Source of the DNA: Octopus sinensis
Lineage: Eukaryota
Assembly (NCBI RefSeq): GCF_006345805.1
Contig: NC_043022.1
Span: 22,692,001 to 22,756,000 of the forward strand
Reading direction: 5' to 3'
DNA length: 64,000 bases
Shown one piece after another: positions 52,584 to 60,810 of the stretch (position 1 is its first letter; each line of letters opens with the position of its first letter). The translations under genes were made by a program, and so were the position numbers. The notes beneath the pieces were generated by a model. It searched no databases, was not told the origin of the DNA, and saw only the letters and a list, made by a program, of their open reading frames with translations.

Positions 52584-52904
52584 TTGTGTGTCTGTGTTTG
52601 TCCCTCTAGCATTGCTTGACAACCGGTGCTGGTGTGTTTACGTCCCCGTCACTTAGCGTTTCGGCAAAAGAGACCGATAGAATAAGTACTGGGCTTACAA
52701 AGAATAAGTCCCGGGGTCGATTTGCTCGACCAAATGCGGTGCTCCAGCATGGCCGCAGTCAAATGACTGAAACAAGTAAAAGAGTAATACATGTGCAATA
52801 CATACCTGTATAACGATATCACATCCTTCTCTGCCAATGGTTGTTATTTTCTGCGACAAAGGGAAGCAATATCCTTCTGAATTCCTCAGATAAGCCTGGG
52901 CCAT
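299..52904 (-). CDS. FHAD1: Forkhead-associated domain-containing protein 1 orthologue, multi-exon gene; about 1093 codons through the 4374-4433 exon, probably continuing beyond the window
   Basis: The joined exons translate without stops and every intron phase is compatible. The N-terminal FHA domain ([47 protein letters not shown]) and downstream motifs ([38 protein letters not shown]) resemble vertebrate FHAD1 as I recall it; no search was run. Confidence 0.92.
400..1350. repeat. ~40-bp AT-rich minisatellite split by inserted repeats
   Basis: TTAAATAACATTTATATAAACAGA units at about 400-580 and 1185-1350. Confidence 0.75.
831..865 (+). ncRNA. Degenerate minimal hammerhead motif, family 2
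   Basis: GUUU CAGACGA A GAGC UCC GCUC GAA ACGU U AAAC; position 4 is A instead of U. Confidence 0.55.
3721..3965 (-). mobile_element. tRNA-headed SINE family D
   Basis: GGAGGTGCGTGGCTTAGTGGTTAGGG..GGTTTCGATTCC head; copies at about 32068-32300(-) and 10720-10940(-). Confidence 0.75.
4374..4433 (-). CDS. FHAD1: FHAD1 coding exon 19 ([20 protein letters not shown]); read-through would end at the stop at 4326
   Basis: ttcttcttcag| acceptor, CAA|GTAAAC donor, phase 0-0. Confidence 0.65.
4511..4918 (-). mobile_element. Non-autonomous Helitron, family 2
   Basis: A|TCTCTCTATATATATAAACAGCAAAATGTCTGTG ... GTCATAGTGCTAG|T; homologous to 19849-20211. Confidence 0.8.
5528..5573 (-). ncRNA. Minimal type I hammerhead ribozyme motif, family 1 (sense to FHAD1 pre-mRNA)
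   Basis: Exact reverse complement of 5921-5966. Confidence 0.75.
5921..5966 (+). ncRNA. Minimal type I hammerhead ribozyme motif, family 1
   Basis: GACAC CUGAUGA A GGCUGG-loop-UCAGCC GAA ACGU U GUGUU; intact core, palindromic AACGUU in place of stem III. Confidence 0.75.
6248..6416 (-). CDS. FHAD1: FHAD1 coding exon 18 ([11 protein letters not shown]...[15 protein letters not shown])
   Basis: long T-tract followed by gacag| acceptor, AAT|GTAAGT donor, phase 2-0. Confidence 0.8.
7157..7659 (-). mobile_element. Complete non-autonomous Helitron (503 bp)
   Basis: 5' A|TCTATATATATAAAA, 3' CCCGAACAACGCCGGG hairpin plus TGCTAG|T; A-T insertion site with no TSD. Confidence 0.85.
8040..8520 (-). 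mobile_element. Tx1/L1-clade LINE 3' fragment (zf-RVT)
   Basis: [18 protein letters not shown]; same family as 21420-22240. Confidence 0.82.
8720..8879 (-). CDS. FHAD1: FHAD1 coding exon 17 ([11 protein letters not shown]...LKLQMDLE)
   Basis: tacag| acceptor, GA|GTGAGT donor, phase 1-2. Confidence 0.9.
9609..9822. repeat. 104-bp near-perfect inverted repeat (6-nt loop) of a dispersed family carrying a hammerhead-like fold
   Basis: Arms 9609-9712 and 9719-9822; single-arm copies at about 2180-2350 and 27440-27540. Confidence 0.85.
9926..10032 (-). CDS. FHAD1: FHAD1 coding exon 16 ([36 protein letters not shown])
   Basis: tttttgtcttccag| acceptor, G|GTTAGA donor, phase 2-1; absent from the ORF track. 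Confidence 0.9.
12920..13262 (+). mobile_element. CR1-clade LINE 3' end
   Basis: [31 protein letters not shown]; tail of ATTGA-type repeats. Confidence 0.8.
13334..13750 (+). mobile_element. tRNA-headed SINE family A (GGCGTAGGAGTGGCTGTGTGG...GAAACAAGTAAAAGAG), representative copy
   Basis: Similar copies at about 1607-1992, 11860-12235, 29903-30240, 34975-35340, 39813-40212, 40783-41167, 52366-52787, plus many fragments. Confidence 0.85.
14346..14670. repeat. 68-bp minisatellite
   Basis: GTCCATTCCC recurs at 14445, 14513, 14581 and 14649. Confidence 0.9.
14847..14958 (-). CDS. FHAD1: FHAD1 coding exon 15 ([38 protein letters not shown])
   Basis: ttgtag| acceptor, AG|GTAAAT donor, phase 1-2; absent from the ORF track. 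Confidence 0.85.
15372..15900 (-). mobile_element. Tandem array (about 3 units) of tRNA-headed SINE family B
   Basis: Units contain GAGTTCAAATTCC B-box and GCCTTTCATCCTTTCGGGGTCGAT core; other copies or arrays at about 1352, 18375-19030, 25005, 31317, 43935 and 50260-50672. Confidence 0.82.
16547..17568. mobile_element. Long-TIR (~175 bp) relative of the GG-ended MITE
   Basis: GGATCTTTTCTTTTTGAAGGCCAG... arm and its reverse complement ending at 17568. Confidence 0.8.
17607..18053. mobile_element. GG-ended MITE, same family, longest telomeric tract
   Basis: Both TIRs present; (CCCTAA)n at about 17908-17949. Confidence 0.85.
19849..20211 (+). mobile_element. Non-autonomous Helitron, family 2
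   Basis: A|TCTCTATATATAAACGGCAAAATGTCTGTG ... GTCATAGTGCTAG|T. Confidence 0.8.
20424..20808 (+). mobile_element. Non-autonomous Helitron lacking the terminal CTAG
   Basis: TCTCTCTATATATAAAG start; CCCGAGCAACGCCGGGCGATAC hairpin nearly identical to the end of the 7157 element. Confidence 0.65.
20834..21080 (-). CDS. FHAD1: FHAD1 coding exon 14 (VCKTQLESE...[20 protein letters not shown]...NDLH)
   Basis: ggcag| acceptor, G|GTAAAT donor, phase 0-1; strongest recalled FHAD1 motif. Confidence 0.92.
21420..22240 (-). mobile_element. Tx1/L1-clade LINE ORF2 C-terminal fragment (zf-RVT)
   Basis: [32 protein letters not shown] in ORF 21369-22262. Confidence 0.88.
22596..23171. mobile_element. GGGTAC-ended foldback element containing two tandem 93-bp mini-MITEs
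   Basis: About 80-bp imperfect TIR GGGTACTACTTAAG..GTGGTCCCGGTGCGCGCACTCGC; internal ~165-bp tandem duplication. Confidence 0.7.
23231..23400. mobile_element. GGCG-ended MITE with TTAGGG repeats
   Basis: TIR GGCG(TAA/ATC)CTTCGGTATAAGTACCGGA; near-TSD ATTTGTTT/ATTTTTTT; partial copy at about 24007-24145. Confidence 0.7.
24673..24718 (+). ncRNA. Minimal type I hammerhead ribozyme motif, family 1
   Basis: Same as 5921-5966 apart from one change in loop II. Confidence 0.75.
25737..25817 (-). CDS. FHAD1: FHAD1 coding exon 13 ([27 protein letters not shown])
   Basis: ggcag| acceptor, AAG|GTGAGT donor, 81 nt. Confidence 0.87.
25874..26288. mobile_element. GG-ended MITE (TIR GGATCTTTTCGGTTTGA...), 8-bp TSD, internal CCCTAA repeats
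   Basis: TSD TCAATATA on both sides. Confidence 0.85.
26446..26573 (-). CDS. FHAD1: FHAD1 coding exon 12 ([13 protein letters not shown]...IIKLKE)
   Basis: aacag| acceptor, GAG|GTAAGA donor, phase 1-0. Confidence 0.88.
27561..27749 (-). CDS. FHAD1: FHAD1 coding exon 11 ([13 protein letters not shown]...EKAEQQ)
   Basis: cacag| acceptor, G|GTAAGC donor, phase 1-1. Confidence 0.9.
28074..28272 (-). CDS. FHAD1: FHAD1 coding exon 10 ([11 protein letters not shown]...NISTE)
   Basis: ttttag| acceptor, G|GTATGT donor, phase 0-1. Confidence 0.9.
28507..28805 (+). mobile_element. tRNA-headed SINE family C (GGAGGCGCATGGCCTAGTGGTTAGAGCAGCGGAC...GGTTCGAATC)
   Basis: Clear A and B boxes; copies at about 2893-3188(-), 31795-32058(-), 39072-39375(+). 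Confidence 0.82.
30475..30714 (-). CDS. FHAD1: FHAD1 coding exon 9 ([13 protein letters not shown]...GFQESV)
   Basis: ttttcag| acceptor, GTT|GTAAGT donor, 240 nt. Confidence 0.9.
32697..33078 (+). mobile_element. Unclassified ~380-bp retroposon with (CAAGTA)n tail
   Basis: 9-bp target duplication AGTAATAAT (32688-32696 and 33079-33087); second copy at 51400. Confidence 0.7.
33575..33865 (-). CDS. FHAD1: FHAD1 coding exon 8 (LSKVKDGAK...[12 protein letters not shown])
   Basis: tttttag| acceptor, AAG|GTTGGT donor, 291 nt, heptad-rich. Confidence 0.9.
35710..35802 (-). CDS. FHAD1: FHAD1 coding exon 7 ([31 protein letters not shown])
   Basis: ttttcag| acceptor, AAG|GTTTCT donor, 93 nt; absent from the ORF track. 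Confidence 0.85.
36603..36773 (-). CDS. FHAD1: FHAD1 coding exon 6 (VLKVDSK...[22 protein letters not shown])
   Basis: tttacag| acceptor, AAG|GTAGG donor, phase 0-0, coiled-coil. Confidence 0.9.
38343..38817 (+). mobile_element. RTE-like LINE fragment, family 2
   Basis: Near-identical to 60335-60810; [14 protein letters not shown]; (GAT)n tail; fold-back junction at its 5' end. Confidence 0.88.
39813..41167 (+). mobile_element. Two near-identical SINE family A copies flanking FHAD1 exon 5
   Basis: 39813-40212 and 40783-41167 share diagnostic variants (GGCATCTTGG, CCAATG). Confidence 0.8.
40239..40460 (-). CDS. FHAD1: FHAD1 coding exon 5 (NNSCSAQ...CRPVSSS...EEFKTVQ)
   Basis: tttcag| acceptor, CAG|GTAACT donor, 222 nt open, phase 0-0. 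Confidence 0.78.
41906..42045 (-). CDS. FHAD1: FHAD1 coding exon 4 ([10 protein letters not shown]...HMFTNK)
   Basis: ttttctttaccacag| acceptor, AAG|GTCAGT donor, phase 1-0. Confidence 0.78.
42345..42480. repeat. 20-bp minisatellite (TTCCCTCATAACACGCAAAC)n
   Basis: About 6-7 units, with degenerate units upstream. Confidence 0.85.
42930..43293 (-). CDS. FHAD1: FHAD1 coding exon 3 ([17 protein letters not shown]...NVYSTH)
   Basis: tctag| acceptor after a pyrimidine tract, G|GTAATA donor, 364 nt, phase 0-1. Confidence 0.8.
43347..43781. mobile_element. GG-ended MITE, same family
   Basis: TSD AAATTAAT on both sides; TIRs intact. Confidence 0.85.
44612..45725 (+). mobile_element. 5'-truncated RTE-clade LINE (ORF end, 3' UTR, (GAT)n tail)
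   Basis: [29 protein letters not shown]; the 3' UTR matches many short dispersed copies. Confidence 0.9.
46165..46371 (-). CDS. FHAD1: FHAD1 coding exon 2, FHA core ([14 protein letters not shown]...[10 protein letters not shown])
   Basis: gacag| acceptor, ATG|GTAAG donor, 207 nt, phase 0-0; FHA motifs H-A and S-x-x-GTFVN. Confidence 0.93.
46429..46592. repeat. Long interrupted (TA)n microsatellite, representative of many (TA)n/(CA)n/(AAT)n/(GAT)n/(GA)n tracts
   Basis: Directly visible; others at about 5755, 9175, 29610, 55015 and 62250. Confidence 0.95.
46893..48205 (-). mobile_element. Helitron remnant: frameshifted Pif1-like helicase plus intact 3' terminus
   Basis: ORF pieces [79 protein letters not shown]; ends in CCCGAGCATCGCCGG hairpin then CTAG|T at 46893. 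Confidence 0.92.
50260..50672 (+). mobile_element. SINE family B, tandem dimer
   Basis: GGCGGCGAGCTGGCAGAA head followed by two units. Confidence 0.82.
51095..52275 (+). mobile_element. Decayed mariner (DD34D-type) transposon, internally deleted and interrupted by a retroposed repeat
   Basis: TIR-like TTGGGTCGTCCCATAAATAATGCGG; ATG at 51278 [19 protein letters not shown]; [20 protein letters not shown]; FHQDNA; [14 protein letters not shown]. Confidence 0.9.
51400..51776 (+). mobile_element. Unclassified ~375-bp retroposon with CAAGTA-type tail, inserted in the mariner ORF
   Basis: High similarity to 32697-33078; splits the mariner HTH coding region. Confidence 0.7.
52806..52904 (-). CDS. 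FHAD1: FHAD1 coding exon 1 ([33 protein letters not shown])
   Basis: ATG at 52904; donor CAG|GTATG, phase 0; upstream acceptor ttttag| at 53022 implies a 5' UTR portion. Confidence 0.92.
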
Positions 52905-54156
52905 CTCTCCACCCTCGTCCTTTCTTTCTCTTTCTTCCTGTCTCTTTCCCCTATCTCTCTTTTTGACCCTCTCTCTTGTATCTTCCGTAAATCCTCAGAT
53001 GTTATTTTTTTCCCTCTAAAACCTAAAATATATAAATTAATTAAGACCACATGCAGTAAGAATCGTCGTAGCAACATTACAGACCCCAACTACAAACAAA
53101 GCGCAGAACTGGGGGTCTAACATAATATACAACTACAGCATATCCAGATTAACACTGTGTCCCCAAATCTGTGTTCTTAACCTTCAGACTACAGCCCAGG
53201 GAGCTCATACTTTAAGACGGCACAATCAGCAAGTTCCACGACAAAAGAGAACGTTACTTTAGAAGTAACCTCATGTGTTGAAAATCTGAAAAGGTTTTCG
53301 TTATGCCTAAGTTATTTCTTCCAAATTTGAACATGTTGAAGAAGGCGGACCAAACTGTTTGTTTTATTCCTGAATTTCACGGTTTTTTTTGGGGGGGGGG
53401 GCTAAGTCCGGGGTTATAGTAGAAGACACTCACCTCAGGTGTCACGCAGTGGGGCTGAACCCAGAACCAATGGAAACGGGAATCAAACTTCTTACCACAC
53501 AGGTCTGCGCCAAAAAACACCCCCAAACCACTCCTCTTATAAATTTGAGTGCTGTTTCTCTGTCCGTTATGTTTTTAGGTTCGTTAACTCCCACTACATC
53601 ATTGGTGCAAGAATAACAAAACTCAAACCAGCAATTCCCCTAATCCTAGGGAATGTCCTAAGGAGCTCTATTTTTTTAAGGGCCGCCTAATTGGGTCCCC
53701 ATTGACCCACCCCCTATTTTTACTGCATTTTAAAATAAATACAAGGCATTGGCGACCAAATCGGAGCCATGACAATGAATTTCATACCATGAACTCCCAG
53801 GGAATACCGTAAGGAGGTTCAATTTCTGAAAAGCCGCTTAAACGGGGCCCCACTGCCCTCTCCCCCTATTTTTACTGCATTTACCTCACTCCTACGCTTA
53901 TTGATTAAACTATGATCAGCATCAGTGCTTAGCACATTTGCAGAAGTAATTTCAGGCATTCTAAATGCCTTCACATACATTAAAATAGAGATAAAGAGTT
54001 ATAACAGGTACGTTTCAAGTGTGGTCGTGTGGATATTTATATTTTGCAGTTTTATGAAACTTACGTCTAGAATTTCAAATTTGAGTTGATTACTCTCAGA
54101 TTTTCGAAACCAAAACCGACACATTATTTACATATTAACTAATTAATTAATTGATC

Positions 54157-54610
54157 GGATCTTTTCGGTTTGAACGGCAGTTTTTTCTAGCGGTGTCATA
54201 TGAAATTGTCACCCATAATTATGACCCTAGTATTGATCTATTGCATTTCAATGTTTTAGGGTTAGGATTAGGGGTGGGGGGAAGGGTATCTTTTTTCTTT
54301 AGAAATGTAGGCGAATCTGTGCTACTACAACCGAAACTATGCCGAAATGTAAATAAACCCAATCTGTTTCTTAAACGAGGGACATATTCATACGGCACAG
54401 AATGTTTTCACCTCAATAGACGTCATTGATTGGTTGAAATTGCAGAAATTGAAGAAAAACAACAAATATCTTAGAAACTATAGAATTTTCTCAATAAAGC
54501 CAAGAGAAAAAGATGTTTTATAAACACATTCTACCAGTATACGAAGTTTAAAAGTGTTTGGTTACGTGGAAATTATTTTTAAAAAACTGCCGTTCAAACT
54601 GAAAAGATCC
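54157..54610. mobile_element. GG-ended MITE, same family
   Basis: Both TIRs present; flanked by a 15-bp direct repeat ATTAATTAATTGATC. Confidence 0.8.
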
Positions 54611-54686
54611 ATTAATTAATTGATCAATCAATATTTGAAAAATAATTGCCAAGTTTTATATTTTGTAGGTTAAACTTAAATATTAC

Positions 54687-54945
54687 CTTATCGTCTGTCA
54701 AACTTTACATTCGGGTTACACGCCCTGGGATATATTACATTCTATCACCATGGTATATACTGCATATATACATATGTATATTAGAGCGTGGTATACACAG
54801 CCTGGGCTCTGTTATTTCGTGTTACTGTGGTTATATATACATTGCGTTGTTGTGGTTTGGGTCTCATTGACTGGTGATTTCAAATCGAAATCATCGCCAC
54901 CGCTTTTGTGCCGTCCGTAGCAACCTAACAATCAACCTAGTAACC
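54687..54945 (-). promoter_or_regulatory. Candidate FHAD1 promoter and non-coding first exon with RFX (X-box) half-sites
   Basis: Unique, relatively CpG-rich island; GTAGCAAC (54917-54924) and CCTAGTAAC (54936-54944); AAG|GTAATA donor at 54687 upstream of the 53022 acceptor; flanked by (CT)n. Confidence 0.45.
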
Positions 54946-55012
54946 ACTGCCTCAGTCGCTGAGTGCGTGATTTGATAATAAACATCCATTCAGTTGTAGC
55001 TTTCCCTCGCCA

Positions 55013-55053
<41 letters not shown>

Positions 55054-55381
55054 CCCCACTCCTCTCTCTCTGTTCCTGAGTGTATGTTTTTCTCTGTCTT
55101 ACGTTTCGTCTCATTCGATACCCTGACCCCCAACATTTGTTTTGTCTGTCTCCGTATTGTTCCCTCTTTTTCTCAACCTTATGGTGAATAAAGAAATACT
55201 CTCTCTCTCTCTCTGTTTGTCTCTCTCTCTTTCTCTCACAGCACCGCTCCCCTCTCTCTCTCTGTATGTTTCTCTCTCTTTCACGCTTACTCTGCTTCTT
55301 TCCTCTGTTCTCTCTCTTTCTCCCCCTCCGTGTCATTCGTTGCGGTGGAGGAAGAAAAGAAAGAAACTAGAGCATATATAC

Positions 55382-55424
<43 letters not shown>

Positions 55425-56957
55425 GTTTGTAAGGTTCTGTGTTAAAAGGAAAACTTGTTTGATTTATTTATATTGCAATAATATGAATAAATCTAATTAT
55501 ATGTGTGTATGTATGTATTTATTCATGTATGTATCTGTGTATGTATGTATATATTTCTTTATTGCCTACAAGGGGCTAAACATAGAGGGGACAAACAAGG
55601 ACAAAGGGATTAAGTCGATTACATCGATCCCAGTGCGAAACTGGTACTTTATTTATCGACCCCGAAAGGATAAAAGGCAAAGTCGACCTCGGCGGAACTT
55701 GAACTCAGAACGTAGCGACAGAGTTCAAATTCTGTGTATGTATGTATACTCTACTCTTTTACGTGCTTCAGTCATTTGACTGTGGCCATTTTGGTGCCCC
55801 CATAAAAGATTATATAATTCAAAATATAAACAATAACAAACCATAAAATAAACAAATCAGTAAGAGGAAAATAATGTTTATTTTTGTATACTTCCACTTT
55901 ATTTATATCTGAAAAGGGATCTTTTCATTTTGACCGGCAGTTTTCAACACAATTTCTAGTTAACTAAACACTTTTAAACTTCGTATACTGGTAGAATGTG
56001 TTTATAAAACATCATTTTTTCTTGGCTTTATTGAGAAAATTCTATATGTTGCAAGATATTTCGTCTTTAATTTCGAGCATTTCGGCAATTTTAACCAATC
56101 GCTTACGTCCATTTAGGTAAATAACATTCTGTGCATAATGAATATGTCCCTCCTTTAAGAAACAGCTTGCCGCCTTAAATAAAGAGTATAAAAATAGCAT
56201 ATAAATATTAAGTTAAAAAAAAAAGAAGAAAAATTGAAGGCTGCCCGTTGAACTAGAACCCGCATCGCGTTTAGACATAAGAGATATTCTACCACAACAT
56301 CCTTTAACTTTTTCTGTCAAAATGGGTTTCTCTCTTCAACCCAGTTTTACTTTGACTTGTAATCAAAGTAGAATTCTTTTGCATCTAGACTCTCCCAAAA
56401 ACCACACATATATAATATAAATATATACATACATACCTACGTAAATATGTATATATACATGCATATATGGGTACAGGATATCAACAACAAAAAAACGTTG
56501 AACACAATGAGAAACAGCCTTTTTTTTTCGGACAACGAAAAAAAATACAGATATACATATACGACGGGCTTCTTTGAGTTTCCATCTACCAAATCCCTTC
56601 ACAAGAATTTGGTGCCATGCAATGGGACTGAACCTGGAACTATGTGGTTGGGAGGCAAGCTTCTTACCACACTGCCACGCCTGCGTCACTCTGTCTAACA
56701 AATCCACTCACAGGGCTATAGTAGAAGACACCTGCCCAATGTGCCGCGCAGTGGGACTGAAGCCACAGCGCGCTCTCTCTCACGTGTGTACCTTTGGCGA
56801 TTTTTTTCCTCTGTCTTCCCTTCTCTGGATCTTTCCTTTTCCTATGTTTTCGACGAAGAAACGTTAAACCCTCCTTCTTTCCTTAGCGTCCAATAATACT
56901 ATATTTGTTCCACGTCCTCGCGTTGTTGTGTTTTTTTGTGCTTTCATGTTTGGATTA

Positions 56958-57002
<45 letters not shown>

Positions 57003-58260
57003 CACTGGCGAAAATAAATTTAAGACCGATGAATAAAAGTTCAATTTCTTACAAAATATTTTGTTATTAACACCATACAAATTGTTTTTATCTTTTACAC
57101 CTTATGCAGAATTTATTTCTCTATCGAATGATGCAGACAATAGCCATTTTTATACAGCTTGAAGAATTCTAATACTAAATAAATATAAAGTTTTCAAATT
57201 TACCGGCAAAATTAGTTTAAGACCGTATCATTATAATTTTATTTAAAGCTTAAGATTGTAGCAAAAATGAACAACTGGAACGAAATATATATTAGTACTT
57301 TGTGCCGTAGCCTTCATTCTAAATAACGGCTGAACAACGACTCGACATTGAATTCGCTAAGTGATTACAAAATTCTATGGGAATGTTTTGCCATATTTCT
57401 TTGATATAACCGAATAATTGTTTTACATTAGATGTTTTTTTTTTAGCATGGACTTTTTTGGAAACATAATTCCACAAGTTCTCGATCTGATTCAGGTCCA
57501 GGGTCCGCGGAGGCCATTCGATTACGTCAATATTACGGTGATCAAAAAAATTCCATACCGTTTTTGGCTTTGTGCACAGGACTATTGTCTTGCTGATAAA
57601 TAGCCCCCAGAGGCATTTGGTGAGTCAAATATGGCACAACATTACCCTTTAGTAGATTCACTAGAGGGCCAACACCAAAGCTACTAAATGCCGCCCACAC
57701 CATCACCCCTCCGCTTGCGCCGACTTTTTCACGCATTTCAGATGGAATTCCTCGGTTGGGCGACGCATGTTCTACCATCTGATCCAAATATACAGAAGCG
57801 TGACTCATCACTCCAAAGGACCCTGCACCAATCTTCGGCAGTCCATTGAGCATGGCTTTTTGCGAAAATAAGGCGTTTGAGTCGATTTCTTTCGGATATT
57901 ATTGGCTTTTCACTAGCGATTCGTCCAACTTAAACAGTTGCGGACGGTTTGTGGTGTAAAATAACACCATTTTCGTTGGACAATTGTTTACAAATGTCAA
58001 CGGCTATCAGCATTCGATTGCCTTCCGAAAGTCGGTGGATTCGACGGTCCAACTGCGCCGTCGCTTTTCTTCGGGTGCCAGCCCTTTGCCGATCTTTATA
58101 TTGACCAGTCTCCGAGTATAACTTCCACGCAAGCCGTTTTACTGCACTTTAGTAGCTTGCTGGTGTTCGAAAAGGAAACATTTTTGCTGGTAGAGTAATA
58201 CGATTTTTGCTCTCGTGACTGGAATGAGGCTACGTTGTTTTCCCATTATTAATCAATTGT
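57003..58260 (-). mobile_element. Decayed Tc1-family transposon, 5' end lost
   Basis: ATG at 58246 MGKQRSLIPVTRAKIV; W.RVLWSDESRFCIFGSDG; GGVMVWAAFS; YQQDNSPVHKAK; TA|CACTGGCG end with an internal direct repeat. Confidence 0.88.
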
Positions 58261-59009
58261 AGGATCTTTTCCTTTTGAACGGCAGTTTTCAACACAATTT
58301 CTAGTTAACTATAAACACTTTTAAACTTCGTATACTGGTAGAATGTGTCAAAATAAAACCCAGAACCATGTGGTTCATAAGCAAGCTACTTACCACACAG
58401 CCACTCCTACGCCTATGAATTTTATTATTTTTTTTGTAGTAGTGCGGCCCGCCCAATGATGATCCGTGTCTTGTGCTGCCTGCTTCTGGAAAACGGTTGC
58501 CCATACCTGACATAGAAGCTTCCTCGTTAGCTTGTGTAACGATATGTTTATTGCATGCCGGACAATAACAGACGTTAGCTGTGGGTTGATAGGGTGTAAT
58601 GAATGTATTGATCTATTAGTATATAACGTATGCTGTTGTCATGGGTTGTAAAAACATTCCCAAACAAATCTGAATAATTAAAACTAACTGATTGAGGAAA
58701 TAATTCTCCATCGTTAGAGACAACAGAAAGATAACAGAGAAAACCAATCGAAATAACAAAATCGAAGTCTAGTAGACTACGGCAAGTTCACACTTGCAGA
58801 GTTACTGATAATTTCGGTCATGTTTTGTTTTATTTATTGGGAGGATAGCATTGTTGGATAGAAATGAATTCTTTGACTCAGTGCCCATGTTGTAACCATT
58901 TCGTTTCTTTTAATCTGGTAATGAAAGGCAGTAAGCTGGCTAAATTGTTAAAGACAATTCTTCCGTCTCTTTAATATGTTTCTGGGTTCATTCATTTCGT
59001 AGTCATCAT

Positions 59010-59470
59010 CATCATCATCGTTTAACGTCCGCTTTCCATGCTAGCATGGGTTGGATGATTGACTGAGGGCTGGCGAACCAGATGGCTGCACCAGGCTTCA
59101 TTCTTGATCTGGCAGAGTTTCTACAGCTGGATGCCCTTCCTAACGCCAACCATTCCTAGAGTGTAGTGGGTGCTTTTACGTGCCACCGGCATGGGGCCAG
59201 TCAGGCGGTACTGGCAACGACCTCGCTCGAATCTTTTTACACATGCCACCGGCACAGGTGCCAGTAAGGCGATGCCGGTAACGATCACGCTCGAATGGTG
59301 TCTTTTACGTGCCACCGACACAGAGGCCAAATAGCCGCTCTGGCAATGATTACGCTCGGATGGCACCCTACTAGCACAGGGCTCGAGTGCCAGTAAGGCG
59401 ACGCTGGTAACGATCACGCTCGAATGGTGCCTTTTAAGTTCCACTGGCACGGAAGCCGGACAGCCGCTCT
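59010..59470 (-). mobile_element. Truncated 3' UTR copy of the RTE LINE at 44612, representative
   Basis: CATCATCGTTTAACGTCCGCTTTCCATGCTAGCATGGG end; similar copies at about 10155, 15190, 25380, 26950, 37755, 42510, 45755 and 49215. Confidence 0.82.
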
Positions 59471-59909
59471 ATAAATACGAGTTAAATACTGGGGTTTGTG
59501 TTATCGATTTACTTCCTTTCCTTCAAAATTTCTGGTTCTGTGCCAAAATTAAAAAGAATCATTAATAACAGAAGTAAAAGATGCTATCATTTTTTTTTAA
59601 ATGTAGTTTCCAGATTTAGTGTTTTAGATGTAAAATATTTTCAACAATGCAGAAAGTGTGAACAAATTAGAATGTTTAACTGTCACGTTTATCAGACGTC
59701 ATCCTCAGTGAAATTGAAATCTTACAAGATCTGTCTTTCATTCAAAGACATGCAGTGAGATAAGAAGCTTTGTCACTATGACAAATTCAAGTGTGGAACA
59801 ACTATTGCCTGCACATAACTCATGATCACTGATAACATTTGTGCATTTATCCTAACCTGCTCTCACTGCACAACTACAGTGTAAAGTAACTGGTTCAGTT
59901 ATATTAGTT

Positions 59910-60810
59910 TGCATAAGATCTGGTCATCAAATCTCTTCATCATTGTCGTTGACTATGTGCTACGTATGTCAATTGATACCATTTCTGGCAAGGGCTTTGA
60001 AATAAAACCTAGAAGTTCCAAACACCCAGCTGAATACTTAACAGACACTGACTTTGCTGACGACATCGCTCTTATCAGTGATTCTCTCTCCAATGCCCAG
60101 TCTCTTTTACAATCTCTTGAACAAGCCTCAAATTGTGTAGGCTTGGACTCAACGAGTCCAAGACTGAATATGTAAACAAGTGCCTGTCCAACAGTGATTT
60201 CATCATCCATACTCTCAACAATACGTTCTTAAATATGGTTTCTGATTACAAATATCTTGGGTCATACATATCATCATCTGAAAAAGATTTTCTATTTAGA
60301 AAGGGCATGGCCTGGTCAGCCTGTAATGATATGCATAAGATCTGGTCATCAAATATAAGTAGAGATTTCAAATTTAAAATCTTCAAAGCCCCAGTCGAAC
60401 CAATTCTACTATATGGCTCAGAAACCTGGACGTTATCAAAGAAGCTTGAGAGGCGGTTGGATGGAACTTACACTCGCCTCCTTATGAGAGCTCAAAATCT
60501 CTCGTGGAAGCGTCATCCAACCAAAGTACAAATATATGGGAAACAACCACCTGTATCATCTCTTGTGAAAGGTAGAAGAGTCCAGTTTGCTGGACGTTGT
60601 TGTAGAGCTGAAAACGAGGCAATTTCTACTCTTCTCCTCTGGAAGCCATCTACTCGCGATACCAGAGGGTGCACACTCTCCTACCCTGATGTAATCTCCA
60701 GGGATATAGGCATCCAGTAACAGGACCTCCGTAATGCTATGATGGACCGTGAAGTCTGGCATAGCATAGTAAATTCCATTGTCTCGACCGTGGTCGAACA
60801 ATGATGATGA
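59910..60810 (+). mobile_element. RTE-like LINE fragment, family 2 (RT domain C-terminal half)
   Basis: [31 protein letters not shown]; frameshift and stop; (GAT)n tail. Confidence 0.9.

Noticed and set aside
55330-55779. Possible divergent plus-strand gene
   Set aside because: The ORF is built from (GA)n and a SINE; no downstream plus-strand exons were recognised
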